A DNA stretch of 60,097 bases, counting the filler. It is 5 parts of 5 records of this genome, joined end to end, with 100 filler letters (N's around TTAATTAATTAA, not from the genome) between each part and the next. Parts side by side here need not be neighbours in the genome. Positions count along the whole stretch, not along the records: positions 1 to 10,773 come from DRR378314_1861; 4 more parts are not named here. One strand, written 5' to 3'. A program made the position numbers and the translations under genes. Under the pieces are notes generated by a model. It saw only the letters and a list, made by a program, of their open reading frames with translations, was not told where the DNA came from and searched no databases. How positions within the stretch are numbered: position 1 is the stretch's first letter; each line of letters starts with the position of its first letter. This document shows, piece by piece, positions 1-10,510 of the stretch.

Positions 1-146
1 CCATTCCATGGGCGCGCATGCTGCAAGCGTTAAGGTCCGCTGTTGGCACAAAGCCGAAGGTCAGCAATGACCAATCATACAATTAATGTCTACTGACCAC
101 TCCAATTTTACTCGAGCAATTAAACCACTAAAGTGGTTTCCCGTCG

Positions 147-1376
147 TCACCATGAAAGACGGGCGATAACACGCTTCTCGTCAGAGAGCAGCGAAAACGA
201 CCAGCCATTGCGCTCACACAGCCGTTGCACAATACCTAAACCCAGACCATACCCGTGAGACGACGCCTCGGTCGGCGTGTGTCGCTCATCAGCGTCACTG
301 CTCACCTGATTAGTGACTAAGAGTTCGTTTTGTTTAATACGAACCGTGATGGGCCCTTGCCCGTCGAGCGTGTGCTCGAACGCATTTCGCACCAGATTAT
401 TGACGGCGATAGAGAAAGCTTGTGGATGTCCGTAGACTATGGGGTTTGCGTGCTCGGCAATTTCAACATCAACGAACTTGCCGCTCAACAGGTAGCGCTG
501 CTGCTCTACCGCCAGGCTCACCAGCGGCATCACTAAAAACATCTCATTATACAAGCCGTCGTCAGTTTCACGAGAGAGACACAGAAACATTTCAATCGTG
601 GTTTTCATATCGAGCGTGGCGCGCCTCACTCTATTTAACGTCTTCACATCAGTCGCTGACAGATCGCTTTGCTCAAGCAGCTCAAGCGCACCGGTTATCA
701 CCGTTATAGGTGTCCGCAACTCGTGGCTGGCTGAACTGGTAAAGTATCGCTCCCTCTCAACAAAGGCACTGATGCGCTCAAGAGTCTTCTCAATGGTTCT
801 GGCGAGCAGGCCTACCTCATCATCGCCAAACCGGGTGGATTCTATACGTTTATGATCTTCTGCCGATAGTTGCTCTGGATTGATGTCCGCGACCACTTTG
901 GCGAGTTGTGCAACCGGGGCGACAGCTCTACGCATTACAACAATCCCCAGCCCGAAACCAAGAGTACCGAGCGTACCCACGACACCCGTAATAACAAGCA
1001 GCCACCACCAATCCTCTGACGACGCAGCCTCTATTCCGGCGACATCGAAAACCACAAAGGCGTGTCGCTGTTCATTGTCGGTAGAGAGCACCGCGACATG
1101 CAGCTCTTCTTTCTCGAATTCGTAAACGCCCTCACCGGGGTTTGTCTGCGCCCACTCCCGGAGTGGTTCGGGCAAGTTACTCGCCTGGTCGTAACCACGA
1201 AGGTTTATCGGCATAGAGGGATAACTCTCAATAGCATGCTGCAGTTGACGCGTCATAACACGGTCCTCGCTCAACTTAATCGCGGCGAAGAACGCAAAAC
1301 CCCACACCACGCTGAGTACAGCAACACAAATCGCAAATGCAACGGCGACACGCGTGCGCAAACTGTGTCGATACAT
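147..1376 (-). CDS. Two-component sensor histidine kinase (2 TM, HAMP, HisKA, HATPase)
   Basis: N-terminal TM, second TM then HAMP (DEVGLLA), H-box ASHELRTPI, N-box NLVRNAFEH, G-box GYGLGLGIV; start overlaps the response regulator stop. Confidence 0.93.
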   Translation of the reverse strand: MYRHSLRTRVAVAFAICVAVLSVVWGFAFFAAIKLSEDRVMTRQLQHAIESYPSMPINLRGYDQASNLPEPLREWAQTNPGEGVYEFEKEELHVAVLSTDNEQRHAFVVFDVAGIEAASSEDWWWLLVITGVVGTLGTLGFGLGIVVMRRAVAPVAQLAKVVADINPEQLSAEDHKRIESTRFGDDEVGLLARTIEKTLERISAFVERERYFTSSASHELRTPITVITGALELLEQSDLSATDVKTLNRVRRATLDMKTTIEMFLCLSRETDDGLYNEMFLVMPLVSLAVEQQRYLLSGKFVDVEIAEHANPIVYGHPQAFSIAVNNLVRNAFEHTLDGQGPITVRIKQNELLVTNQVSSDADERHTPTEASSHGYGLGLGIVQRLCERNGWSFSLLSDEKRVIARLSW

Positions 1377-2080
1377 TACTCAATGTCCTCTGCAATTCGG
1401 TAGCCAATGCGGTGCACGGTATGAATTAGCGGAGTATCAAATGACCTATCAATAGCCTGTCGCAGTTTGTACATATGCGAGCGAAGCGCATCACCATCAG
1501 GGGGTTCGTCAGCCCACAACAACGTCTCTAGAGCATCGCGAGTCACAACAGACGGTGCCTCTTCCATCAATCGCTGAAGGAGTTTCATGCCGGTAGGGTT
1601 GAGATCAATTCGTCGCCCCGAGCGATGAACTTGCAGCGTGGATCGATTCAGAGTGAGCTCTCCAACCGTTAACAGGTTATCGGTTTTTCCGTGACTGCGT
1701 TTGTAAAGCGCTTGCAGTCGCGCATGCAGCTCTTGTAATGCAAATGGCTTAACCAAATAGTCATCCGCTCCCGCCTCGAACCCCTTAATTTTATCGTCAA
1801 GCGTGTCTCTCGCCGTTAGCATAAGCACTGGTGTTTGCAGCTTGCCATCAGCGCGCAGCTTTTTGCAAAAACTTAGGCCATCCATCCCTGGAAGCATGAG
1901 GTCCAGAACAATAATGTCAAACGGGCTGGTCAACGCCAGGTGCATAGCGCTTATACCATCGTAGGCAAAGTCCAGTATATAACGATGCTTTTCCAGGTAA
2001 GCGGCAATGTTTCCACAAATGTCGCGGTTATCTTCGACAATCAACACTCTAATCGGCGCCGCACCAAGCACGTTTGTCAT
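1376..2080 (-). CDS. OmpR/PhoB-family response regulator
   Basis: Receiver motifs LIVEDN, VLDLMLPGMDG, LTARD, GADDYLVKPF; winged-helix C-terminus IHTVHRIGYR. Confidence 0.95.
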   Translation of the reverse strand: MTNVLGAAPIRVLIVEDNRDICGNIAAYLEKHRYILDFAYDGISAMHLALTSPFDIIVLDLMLPGMDGLSFCKKLRADGKLQTPVLMLTARDTLDDKIKGFEAGADDYLVKPFALQELHARLQALYKRSHGKTDNLLTVGELTLNRSTLQVHRSGRRIDLNPTGMKLLQRLMEEAPSVVTRDALETLLWADEPPDGDALRSHMYKLRQAIDRSFDTPLIHTVHRIGYRIAEDIE

Positions 2081-2117
2081 CTACTGTTCTCCTTATCAGG
2101 CTCATTAACAAGCCTCT

Positions 2118-4502
2118 TTACCAAGCATAATCGAATCTTAAACCAATCAGAGGCTCGGCCTCACTTTCGTCTTTCACTTCAACACCCCGACGGTAGTCAA
2201 ACTCGGTGTCGTCGCCCGATGATGCAGACGTTACGTTGATGACATCGAGAAAGGCGGTTATATCTACAGGGCCAACTGCGCGCCGATAGTCAACGCGAAT
2301 ATTCAAAATACCGGAACCGCTTTTGCGACCAACATTGCGCTCGGTAATCTCTTTCGAATAGCGCAAAGGTTGTCCTGGCCCCAATACGTCTGAGTGAATA
2401 ATAAATTCGTTGTCTGGCCTGCCAGAAAGATATTTGTAACGCCCGGCGACCTTCCAGCGGTCATTTATTTCCCAGGTCAGGCCGAGGGTCGCAACATGCT
2501 CTCGGTTAAACTCGGCGGCTACGTCACCGCGACCGTCTTTCCGGTCGACTTCGGCATCGTTATAAGAATAGGTTGCGGTAGCGTACAGGCCTTCACTAAT
2601 CATACCGTTGGCGACAATATCCACACCGTAGGATGTACCGTCACCAATGTTTGCAAAAGTCCCGTTTGCTCGATCAAGGTCTACCACCAGATTATCGAGA
2701 TTTTGATAATAGGCTTCGGTCAAAATTGACCAACGTTGGCTCGGGAAGTACTCAAAACCGACACTGCTGTGTGTGATTTCTTCGTTCTCAAGATCGTTAG
2801 ACTCGTTAGCAGCAAGGTCTAAAAACCGTGGCGACTGATGAAATAACCCAGCACTGGCAAAATATCGAACCGTGTTACTGGGTCGCCAGTTAACACTGAA
2901 CCTGGGCGACACTAAAGTTTCGTCGGCAAAGCCGTCCCGCTCAAGCCGCATGCCCGTGCGAAAATCCCAATCACCGTACTCAAAAACTTGCTCCACGTAA
3001 CTTGCTAAGCTCGTTTCTTTCTGACTGAGTGAAGAGTTAATGTTTTCCGGCGTCAATACAATATAACGTTGATCGGGGTCTGCCCTAAAATCATCGTCGT
3101 CGTAGACAAATCGGTTCCAATCTCCATCTAAGACGGTGTCGTAATCCAAATCCAGTTGCGTGACTCGAATACCAGCACTGAACGCGCCCCATTGATTCAG
3201 CATTTCGAAGTCACTTCGCCAGCCAATCTCGGTTTCGTCTTCCCCGATAGTAATGATGTCTTCCCGCACCGGAAAACTGGATGCGGGCGACCCCGAAGGC
3301 ACTTGATCAGGGAATGCTTCGCCCTCAGAACTGGTTTTGTCGCTTTTGCGGTAGTAAACCTTGTTGGTCAAGACACCTGTATCACCAATCAACGAGCGCA
3401 AAGTGAATCCATACATATCGCTGTCTTGTTCGGAATCTTGAAGCGCAGCATCTTCGAAATTGGGTGATGCGAAAACATGAGTTACGCCACGAGTATAATC
3501 CTCGTGTGTATCAATCAGTAAAATTTCCAATGTATTTTTCTGATTAATTGGTATAACCGACTTTACGATGACGTCTCTTAAAACAGGCTCACCAATGTCG
3601 AGTTCATCGATAGTTTCAAACAAATCGCCGAAATCCAGTCGTCTGGCAGAAACGAGTAATGTCGCGTCTTCTGTGATACCGACAGGACCATCGTAACCCA
3701 CTTCATAGCCGGCAAGATCGTAGCGGAAACTTGCAGAGGGGCTTGGGTTGCCATCGGCGACTTCCAGTTTGAGTAGCGATGCCGCCCGGCCACCATACGC
3801 CGCGCCCCACCCACCGGGTGAGAACTCTGCTCCGCTGATAACGTTCGGTGCGAATATCGAGAAGCGGCCACCACCGCCGACGTCTTCCTCTTCACCCAGT
3901 GTCGCATCAAAGTGCACCGCTTTATCAAAGGGAAAGTCATCAACGAATAGCAAATTGTCTCTTGGCCCACGGCCGCGAACACTAAAGCTTGCGAATTCAC
4001 TTGCGGATGCTAAGCCAGGCAACCCGTCCAACGAGAGCAGCGGATCGGCTCCACCGCCCACAGCGCTTCGCAACGCTTCTCTATCAAGATAAGTGCTAGA
4101 CGCTGATGCGAATGCATCGGTTTGCTGTCCCAGGACAACAACCCTCTCAATTTCCACTTCTTTAAGCTCTAATTCAAGCTTGATATTTTTGCGTGTAATG
4201 ACGCGTATGCTTGGTTCATACACTGCAGTATAGCCGCTTTTGGCTGCATTCACCGAGTAAAGGCCCGGGTCGAGCTGTTCAGCGACAATACGACCTTTTT
4301 CGTCGGTTTCGAAAGTTTGCGTGGAAGAGGTTTCCCGCTCCGTAATCGTGACCTGCGCGTTCGGGACTGGTCGGTCAGTATTCTGATCTTTAACTATAAC
4401 GGTCAGCGCACCGGGCGCCTCTGCTGCGTAGGCAAAAAATGGAAAGCTAATCAGAAGTGTCCACAGAGCTAACCACGATACCTGTTTGAATTGTCTATTC
4501 AT
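2118..4502 (-). CDS. TonB-dependent outer-membrane receptor with N-terminal carboxypeptidase-regulatory-like domain
   Basis: Signal peptide, VIVKDQNTDRPVPNAQVTI N-domain, plug (LPGL...SVRGRGPRDN), beta-barrel pattern, C-terminal aromatic residue (RFDYAW). Confidence 0.88.
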   Translation of the reverse strand: MNRQFKQVSWLALWTLLISFPFFAYAAEAPGALTVIVKDQNTDRPVPNAQVTITERETSSTQTFETDEKGRIVAEQLDPGLYSVNAAKSGYTAVYEPSIRVITRKNIKLELELKEVEIERVVVLGQQTDAFASASSTYLDREALRSAVGGGADPLLSLDGLPGLASASEFASFSVRGRGPRDNLLFVDDFPFDKAVHFDATLGEEEDVGGGGRFSIFAPNVISGAEFSPGGWGAAYGGRAASLLKLEVADGNPSPSASFRYDLAGYEVGYDGPVGITEDATLLVSARRLDFGDLFETIDELDIGEPVLRDVIVKSVIPINQKNTLEILLIDTHEDYTRGVTHVFASPNFEDAALQDSEQDSDMYGFTLRSLIGDTGVLTNKVYYRKSDKTSSEGEAFPDQVPSGSPASSFPVREDIITIGEDETEIGWRSDFEMLNQWGAFSAGIRVTQLDLDYDTVLDGDWNRFVYDDDDFRADPDQRYIVLTPENINSSLSQKETSLASYVEQVFEYGDWDFRTGMRLERDGFADETLVSPRFSVNWRPSNTVRYFASAGLFHQSPRFLDLAANESNDLENEEITHSSVGFEYFPSQRWSILTEAYYQNLDNLVVDLDRANGTFANIGDGTSYGVDIVANGMISEGLYATATYSYNDAEVDRKDGRGDVAAEFNREHVATLGLTWEINDRWKVAGRYKYLSGRPDNEFIIHSDVLGPGQPLRYSKEITERNVGRKSGSGILNIRVDYRRAVGPVDITAFLDVINVTSASSGDDTEFDYRRGVEVKDESEAEPLIGLRFDYAW

Positions 4503-4685
4503 ATTGTTACCCTCTAAAAACCCACTGTCATTTTTTGATGGATTGCTGCGAGGTTAACAAAGCTAATGTGACTAAAAAGTCGCTGTCATGTGAAAGCTAC
4601 ATCAAAGATATTGACTGACAGAAGCCAATACTGCCGATTTGGTCGGTCGTTATCCGTTGGAAATTCGCAGTTCTCTTCCTTAAAT

Positions 4686-5909
4686 TTAAAACAAAATCTC
4701 TAAGCCAATTGGAACACTGCAACAAAAAGTGAAAGCCTGCACGCACTGCTCTAAACGCTGACTTCGCAGAGATACTGGCATTCCGAAGGCCGGGCGTAAC
4801 ACATTAGAGCGCTCAATCGCGATCAATATTGAAAAGCAGAGCATCAATACAAACAAAGTGCTTAATAAAAAATGTTGAAATAGTGGTATCTCCGGCGCAT
4901 AGCTGGACAGAAGAAATGCCACAACGATACTGACACTTTGGTGAATAATATAAAGTGGGAACACCAGAGTGTTTAGTCGTGTAATTTGAGGTTTAGCATG
5001 GTTAAACCATTTGTAAACTGTTGCGACAATCGCGATCGGCACAACCGCCCGGTTAAGAATGTACCCGAACTCAGCAATGACTTTGATGAATTCGTTCGGG
5101 TTTTCGGATTTCCATACAAATAAGAAGCCTATCTGCACCGCAATTAAGCTAAGAACGGCCAACGATATCAGCACTTTTACATGTTCAGATATCTGGTTCC
5201 AAAAGTTTATATATCGACCAAGTGAAAACCCAACAAAGAACCAGACCAATCCGTAAGATTCTCTTACCAAGTCACCTGAAAAGGCTTCTTGAATAAACAA
5301 TGCTAAGACGAATATCGCTAGTAGAATTAACCATATTTTCTTTGCTATAGCGGCTAAAACTCGTTTACCAATAGTAGTCGCTAACAAAGGTGAAATTAAT
5401 ATTGCCAGTAGACTGTATTCCCACAATGATCGGAGAAACCAAAGGTGATTTACATCAATGCTCGGCCAGATCCCTGCTGTGAAATTCCTGAACGTTTCAC
5501 CCTGTTGAAAAAACAACGCATAAGTGAACTCTGAATAACTCAGCGGCATTTCGCTCGCTTGTGACATTTCAATATAAAGCTGGGGGGGGACAATCAAAAG
5601 TACACCAATTAAAAGCGGGAAAAGCAATTGTGACGTCCGCTTCAACAATGCATGTGGGATCGATATTTTGGTAATCATGAAACTTAACGCAATCCCAGAT
5701 ATCAACCACAATAGCCCCATACGCCAGGGAGACGTCACTACCATTAAGTTTTGTAAAAAGACCCATTCCGTTTCGACCTTATAGTGAAATCCCCAGTCAG
5801 GTACGTAGATCATTGCGTGGTGAAACATAACCAATACAGCTATAGCTACCACTCGTAGCGTATCAATTGCAGGTATTCGACCTTCTACGAAATTTTTAGT
5901 TGTATTCAT
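4686..5909 (-). CDS. Acyltransferase-3 family membrane protein (OpgC/MdoC-like)
   Basis: RIPAIDTLRVVAI..FHH, WRMGLLWLISG, HLWFL, FPLYIIHQ motifs; multiple TM segments. Confidence 0.85.
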   Translation of the reverse strand: MNTTKNFVEGRIPAIDTLRVVAIAVLVMFHHAMIYVPDWGFHYKVETEWVFLQNLMVVTSPWRMGLLWLISGIALSFMITKISIPHALLKRTSQLLFPLLIGVLLIVPPQLYIEMSQASEMPLSYSEFTYALFFQQGETFRNFTAGIWPSIDVNHLWFLRSLWEYSLLAILISPLLATTIGKRVLAAIAKKIWLILLAIFVLALFIQEAFSGDLVRESYGLVWFFVGFSLGRYINFWNQISEHVKVLISLAVLSLIAVQIGFLFVWKSENPNEFIKVIAEFGYILNRAVVPIAIVATVYKWFNHAKPQITRLNTLVFPLYIIHQSVSIVVAFLLSSYAPEIPLFQHFLLSTLFVLMLCFSILIAIERSNVLRPAFGMPVSLRSQRLEQCVQAFTFCCSVPIGLEILF

Positions 5910-6033
5910 GCGTGATTTCCGTGTTAGATATACACGGATCTTTTACTTGAAACGCATCATCTTGTCGTCGCTAACGCCTTGTTATGACAGTTAAAAGTGA
6001 TGAGCGGTTGAAAATAGGGGTTAACGAATTGTC

Positions 6034-6921
6034 GTGAGAATAAATAAGCAATGGTTTCAGACGCATAAAAGGCTGGTTGAGCTAATTTTGTTGTTCGCAA
6101 TTTTCTCAATAAATGGGCTGATAAACGCGACGACAGTATTAATGCAAGATATGCGGGGAAACGAGAGCGCATTTTTGACCTGGGAGCCTTTCGTCTGGGA
6201 ACTATCAAGTGCTTACTCGACGCTATTGTTATTCCCACTTATTGCATTGTTTACTGAGCACTTCAGCTGGCAATGGAAGTACCCATTGAAATCTTTTTTG
6301 AGATATATAGGTGCAGCAATCGTTTTCAGTCTATTACATGTCTGCACGATGGTTCTTGTAAGAGAGTTTGCTTACGGCTTCACCGCATCAGAATATGATT
6401 TCGTGACAAATACAAATACTTTTGTATTTGAGCTATTCTATGAAATACGAAAGGACATTTGGAGCTTCACACTCTTTGTCGTTGTAATTGAAGTCTATCG
6501 TTACGCACTTTATCAGTGGTTAGGTGATACCAAGCCAATTTTTCAATCTTCAGTGCCCCCCGCGGAAAGTCACAACGCCCTACCTGAAGTCCTACTAGTA
6601 AAGAAAATGGGAAAAGAGTTTTTGATAAAGACGAGAGAGGTGCAGTGGGCAGAATCTGCAGGAAACTACATCAATCTCCGTATTGACGAAGCCATTTACC
6701 CGATGCGAATTACAATGACAGACTTCGCTGAGCAAGCAAAATTCTATGGTTTTGTTCGAACTCATCGTTCACAAGTCATCAACACCCATTGGATAGAACA
6801 TATTGAGAAACTCCCCTCTGGTGATGCAGACATCAAAATGAGAGACGGCACCGTGCTTAAATTATCCAGACGTTTTAAAAAGGAGTTTGACACGTTTGTG
6901 ACTTCGCTTTCCACTGCGTGA
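6034..6921 (+). CDS. Membrane-anchored LytTR-family transcriptional regulator
   Basis: ~4 N-terminal TM helices; C-terminal LytTR (WAESAGNYINL...FVRTHRSQVIN...LKLSRRF); no receiver domain. Confidence 0.88.
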   Translation: MRINKQWFQTHKRLVELILLFAIFSINGLINATTVLMQDMRGNESAFLTWEPFVWELSSAYSTLLLFPLIALFTEHFSWQWKYPLKSFLRYIGAAIVFSLLHVCTMVLVREFAYGFTASEYDFVTNTNTFVFELFYEIRKDIWSFTLFVVVIEVYRYALYQWLGDTKPIFQSSVPPAESHNALPEVLLVKKMGKEFLIKTREVQWAESAGNYINLRIDEAIYPMRITMTDFAEQAKFYGFVRTHRSQVINTHWIEHIEKLPSGDADIKMRDGTVLKLSRRFKKEFDTFVTSLSTA

Positions 6922-7088
6922 GTTGAAATGGGAATGGAGTTCTTCGTTAGCTTAACATTCAAAATCCTAAAGACGATCCCCGTTTTTTCGTGCAAATACG
7001 GCCAGTGACGCCGTAGATCTTGAGATAGCCAATATAACGATTTAATCAACCTATTCCCGGATATTCGCAACCGTAACTAACTCAAGGC

Positions 7089-8597
7089 CTAATCAAGAAC
7101 CCCTGCGTTTGCATCCCTAACCGCTTTTAACATAGCTTGAGTGTCTTTCGGTGAATACCAGCGCCCGTTAGACATAACACCCGAAATTGCTCTCGTATTG
7201 TGGATATCCACCAGCGGGTTACTATCCAGTACCGCAAGGTCTGCCTGGTAACCTGCAGCAACGACGCCCGTTTTTAGCCCCATCCACTGTGCGGTTTCAA
7301 CCGTTGCGCTTCTCAACGCATCGGCTGGGGTATAGCCGGTACGAACCAGCGCGGCAAGCTCATCATGCATGGAAAATCCGGGAACCATTACAGGCACATT
7401 TGCATCAGTACCCGCCAGAACCTTGACCCTGTTATCGCGCATAGCCTGCAAAAGTATCTGGTTCGCTTTTGCGTAAGCTTTCCAATAACGCTGATTACCG
7501 GGAACGCGCTCTTTAGGATAGTCCTCCGGTAAGCGATAAATGTTTACCTTAGGCAGCCACCCCATGACTTTAATACTTGGGTGTAGAGACTCCGCAATTC
7601 CGCGGTTTACATGCTCTACGTGAACATGACTCAGTGCATTCTCTACGCTCTTTTTCTGTACAGGAAAGCTCTCGACAAGCGCCAGAGTAGAAACCGCCGC
7701 CATATTATTCTCTGCCAGACGGCTTGCTATGTCGGTACTACGCTTTTCTACAAACTCCAGAAAGGCCTCAGTGTTATCGCGGTTGTAGCCACCAAACTCC
7801 CGGTCCAGGGCTTTAACAAACTCTTCAATATGGGCTATTTCTTTCAGGTTCGACGGCCAGAGCTCTGAAAGTGGCAGGTTATATGGAATATGCCCTAAAA
7901 TTTGTATATCGCTATTGTTAGCCTCCTGGTTAAAAGCGAAGAAGTGGTCATTGCTTAAAAGTGTGTAAATTTTTATGGCATCGTAGCCTGCGTCTTTAAT
8001 CTCGTTCACCCGCTCAGGTATCTCGTCGATATCGGCTACCGGGTTTATTTTTGCAGCCCAACGGTCGAACAAGCCAGCAATACCACTTGAACTATTATGA
8101 CGTCGGGTTGCCACAAATAAGTCCGGGCCCGGCCGTCCTGCTGCAATTTCAGCACGCCATTGCAGGTGCTCTTCACTACCATTGAGCTCACGTACATGGG
8201 TGACGCCATTAGCCAGATACAACAACAAGTCATTCGGGCTTTGCCATAAGTGTACATGCGCATCAATAAGGCCAGGAATTATAAACTTACCCTTGCCATC
8301 AATGACTTGCGCATCCTCAGGTAATGAGAGGTCGCTCCCCACTTTTGTTATTTTGCCTTCTTGAATCAATACCGTCTGATTAGGCAGCATGTACTGTCCA
8401 TTATCAGACAACACGTTTGCGTTGGTAATGGCGTAAGCGTCCTGAGTTTTTGCATAAAGCGCAGGGTCTACAACAGGAACATATTCTCCCCAGGCTTTAT
8501 TCACCTGGTAGTACATAACACCGAAACTGGTCGCGCTGAGAGCAAGCAATAAAACAACTAACCACAAACCGAGTTTCTTTAAGTTTAAAGCTTTCAT
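7089..8597 (-). CDS. Amidohydrolase-superfamily metallo-hydrolase with N-terminal membrane anchor
   Basis: IIPGLIDAHVH, GVTHVRE, GTDAN, ADLAVLDSNP motifs. Confidence 0.88.
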   Translation of the reverse strand: MKALNLKKLGLWLVVLLLALSATSFGVMYYQVNKAWGEYVPVVDPALYAKTQDAYAITNANVLSDNGQYMLPNQTVLIQEGKITKVGSDLSLPEDAQVIDGKGKFIIPGLIDAHVHLWQSPNDLLLYLANGVTHVRELNGSEEHLQWRAEIAAGRPGPDLFVATRRHNSSSGIAGLFDRWAAKINPVADIDEIPERVNEIKDAGYDAIKIYTLLSNDHFFAFNQEANNSDIQILGHIPYNLPLSELWPSNLKEIAHIEEFVKALDREFGGYNRDNTEAFLEFVEKRSTDIASRLAENNMAAVSTLALVESFPVQKKSVENALSHVHVEHVNRGIAESLHPSIKVMGWLPKVNIYRLPEDYPKERVPGNQRYWKAYAKANQILLQAMRDNRVKVLAGTDANVPVMVPGFSMHDELAALVRTGYTPADALRSATVETAQWMGLKTGVVAAGYQADLAVLDSNPLVDIHNTRAISGVMSNGRWYSPKDTQAMLKAVRDANAGVLD

Positions 8598-8681
8598 AAC
8601 TAATTACCTTTGGTTCTGATAAGTGCATTCAGAATAGAAAAGCAACCCAACAAAAGCTGGTCGATTATGAAAAACATCACG

Positions 8682-9713
8682 TCAATTTTGAAAATTCTGC
8701 AGTTTTTTTCGAAATTGAGAGGGTGTCACTCCGGTTTCTTTTTTGAAGGCTCGATTAAAAGGCGGTAAAGAGTTAAAACCGTTATTCAGAGCAATGGTTA
8801 AAATGGGAAGGTGATCGTTCTCTCGTTTTGAGAAGCAGTTCATCACGCCTTTAAGCCGGAAAGAGTTAATGTAATGGCTGAAGTTAGTGAAGCCCGTTTG
8901 GGTGTTTATCAAGGTTCTCAATTTATGCTCTGCTACCCCCAGCTTTTTGGCCAAATCAGCAATGGTCAGAGCTTCTTCTAAATACACCTTGTCTTGTGTC
9001 ATTAGCTTGTCGAGTTCGGCCAGTATTCTTTTATCCGCTGCTGACAATTGCTTCTTCCGAGAAGCGTCCCGATAAAAAGTCAGCGCCGACGTGTCGCCCT
9101 TTAATACCCAAAGGCTCATGGAAAAAATGGGAAGCCAGACGCTCAGTGCATTAATTGTAGACTGGGAGCTTTGCAACCAAACAGACCCCACCAAAACCGC
9201 GACCAAAACAGACGCTGAAATAATGAACAGAAAATAAAGTCGATAGGTGCGCCGGGCTTCAATTAAGTCGTCGTTACGGCCGCTTAGCGTAACGAACACC
9301 ATATGTGCCACCAGACAAAGTGTCAGAGTTATAATAACAACAGGCCACCACGCAGGCAGCTCATTCAACCAGCCCAACCAAACAACCCGCTCCGCCAGCA
9401 TAGAACCGCTCACTGCCGTTAAAACCAGCCAATGGAACTTTCCAGGCCTGAAATCTCGATGCAAAAGGGTTAACACGAATACCCAAGTAACAGGCAAAAG
9501 CAAAGTATCCAGTAACCGAAAGGGGACTTGCCACAGCATAGGAAGCGCGAATTCGGGGGGCATAGAACCCAGTAGGAAACTCGCCAGACAAAGGTTTGTA
9601 GCCACCATTAAAATACAGCGCCTGGAGTGCGGCAGGTCTTTAATGACCAGAACAGTCATAAGCAGCAACAAGCCCAGCGCGGAAAACCGGATAAATGCGT
9701 CAATCAATAACAT
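8682..9713 (-). CDS. Membrane-anchored AraC-family regulator
   Basis: Hydrophobic N-terminal ~200 aa; C-terminal AraC HTH (LTIADLAKKLG...IALNNGFNSLPPFNRAFKKETGVTPSQFR); ATG at 9713 chosen over the upstream TTG at 9785. Confidence 0.87.
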   Translation of the reverse strand: MLLIDAFIRFSALGLLLLMTVLVIKDLPHSRRCILMVATNLCLASFLLGSMPPEFALPMLWQVPFRLLDTLLLPVTWVFVLTLLHRDFRPGKFHWLVLTAVSGSMLAERVVWLGWLNELPAWWPVVIITLTLCLVAHMVFVTLSGRNDDLIEARRTYRLYFLFIISASVLVAVLVGSVWLQSSQSTINALSVWLPIFSMSLWVLKGDTSALTFYRDASRKKQLSAADKRILAELDKLMTQDKVYLEEALTIADLAKKLGVAEHKLRTLINTQTGFTNFSHYINSFRLKGVMNCFSKRENDHLPILTIALNNGFNSLPPFNRAFKKETGVTPSQFRKKLQNFQN

Positions 9714-9810
9714 AAGCCAGTGCCTTGGGCTGTGCTGCAAACTAGTATATTTATTAAGACTACAACTAACCCTTCTGATGAGCAATTCGGTTGTTTCGGT
9801 ACAGCATGGA

Positions 9811-9839
9811 ACAGAGGAGACACTTTGGTACTCCTCTGT
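9811..9839 (-). terminator. Hairpin downstream of ribB (probable terminator)
   Basis: ACAGAGGAG...CTCCTCTGT inverted repeat 15 nt after the ribB stop; no clean U-tract. Confidence 0.5.
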
Positions 9840-9853
9840 AGCTTAAGCTTATG

Positions 9854-10510
9854 TTAAGCCAGCTTTTGTTGGTGTTGTTGGCGGTATTGGGCTATATCCT
9901 CGACTGTTAGCACAGACATCTTATGGAGACGGGCAAAAGCAACCACCTCCGGGGTTTTAGCCATGGTACCGTCAGGGTTGGTGAGTTCACATAAGACCCC
10001 GGCAGGCGCTAATCCAGACATCTGCATCAAGTCTACCGTACCTTCGGTATGTCCGCGGCGAGTTAAAACCCCTCCCGGGCGGGCGCGCAGTGGAAAGATA
10101 TGGCCGGGTCGAGCGAGATCACTGGGCCGGGCATCAGGATAAATCGCGGTTTTAACGGTGGTCACCCGATCTTGGGCTGAAACACCCGTAGTTACCCCTT
10201 CCTTGGCTTCTATTGAAACCGTAAAAGCGGTTTGGTTTTTACTATTGTTTTCACTCACCATTGGCGGCAACTCTAATTGATCCGCTTGAGAGTCGGTCAG
10301 GCAGAGACAAACTATTCCGCTACCTTCACGGATCATCATTGCCATCTGAGCAGCCGTAAGACTTTCTGCCGCATAAATTATGTCCCCCTCGTTCTCACGA
10401 TCTTCGTCGTCTAAAAGCAAAACGCCTTGACCTTGACGGAGGGATGTAAGGGCTTGTTCAACACGCGAAATCGGATCACCGAACTCGGAAACTAAAGAAA
10501 ACTGATTCAT
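9854..10510 (-). CDS. ribB: 3,4-dihydroxy-2-butanone-4-phosphate synthase
   Basis: [48 protein letters not shown] motifs; preceded by an FMN riboswitch. Confidence 0.97.
   Translation of the reverse strand: MNQFSLVSEFGDPISRVEQALTSLRQGQGVLLLDDEDRENEGDIIYAAESLTAAQMAMMIREGSGIVCLCLTDSQADQLELPPMVSENNSKNQTAFTVSIEAKEGVTTGVSAQDRVTTVKTAIYPDARPSDLARPGHIFPLRARPGGVLTRRGHTEGTVDLMQMSGLAPAGVLCELTNPDGTMAKTPEVVAFARLHKMSVLTVEDIAQYRQQHQQKLA

Noticed and set aside
5957-6238. 93-aa minus-strand ORF over the LytTR start, and 9247-9846 opposite AraC
   Set aside because: Overlap well-supported genes on the opposite strand; no motifs.
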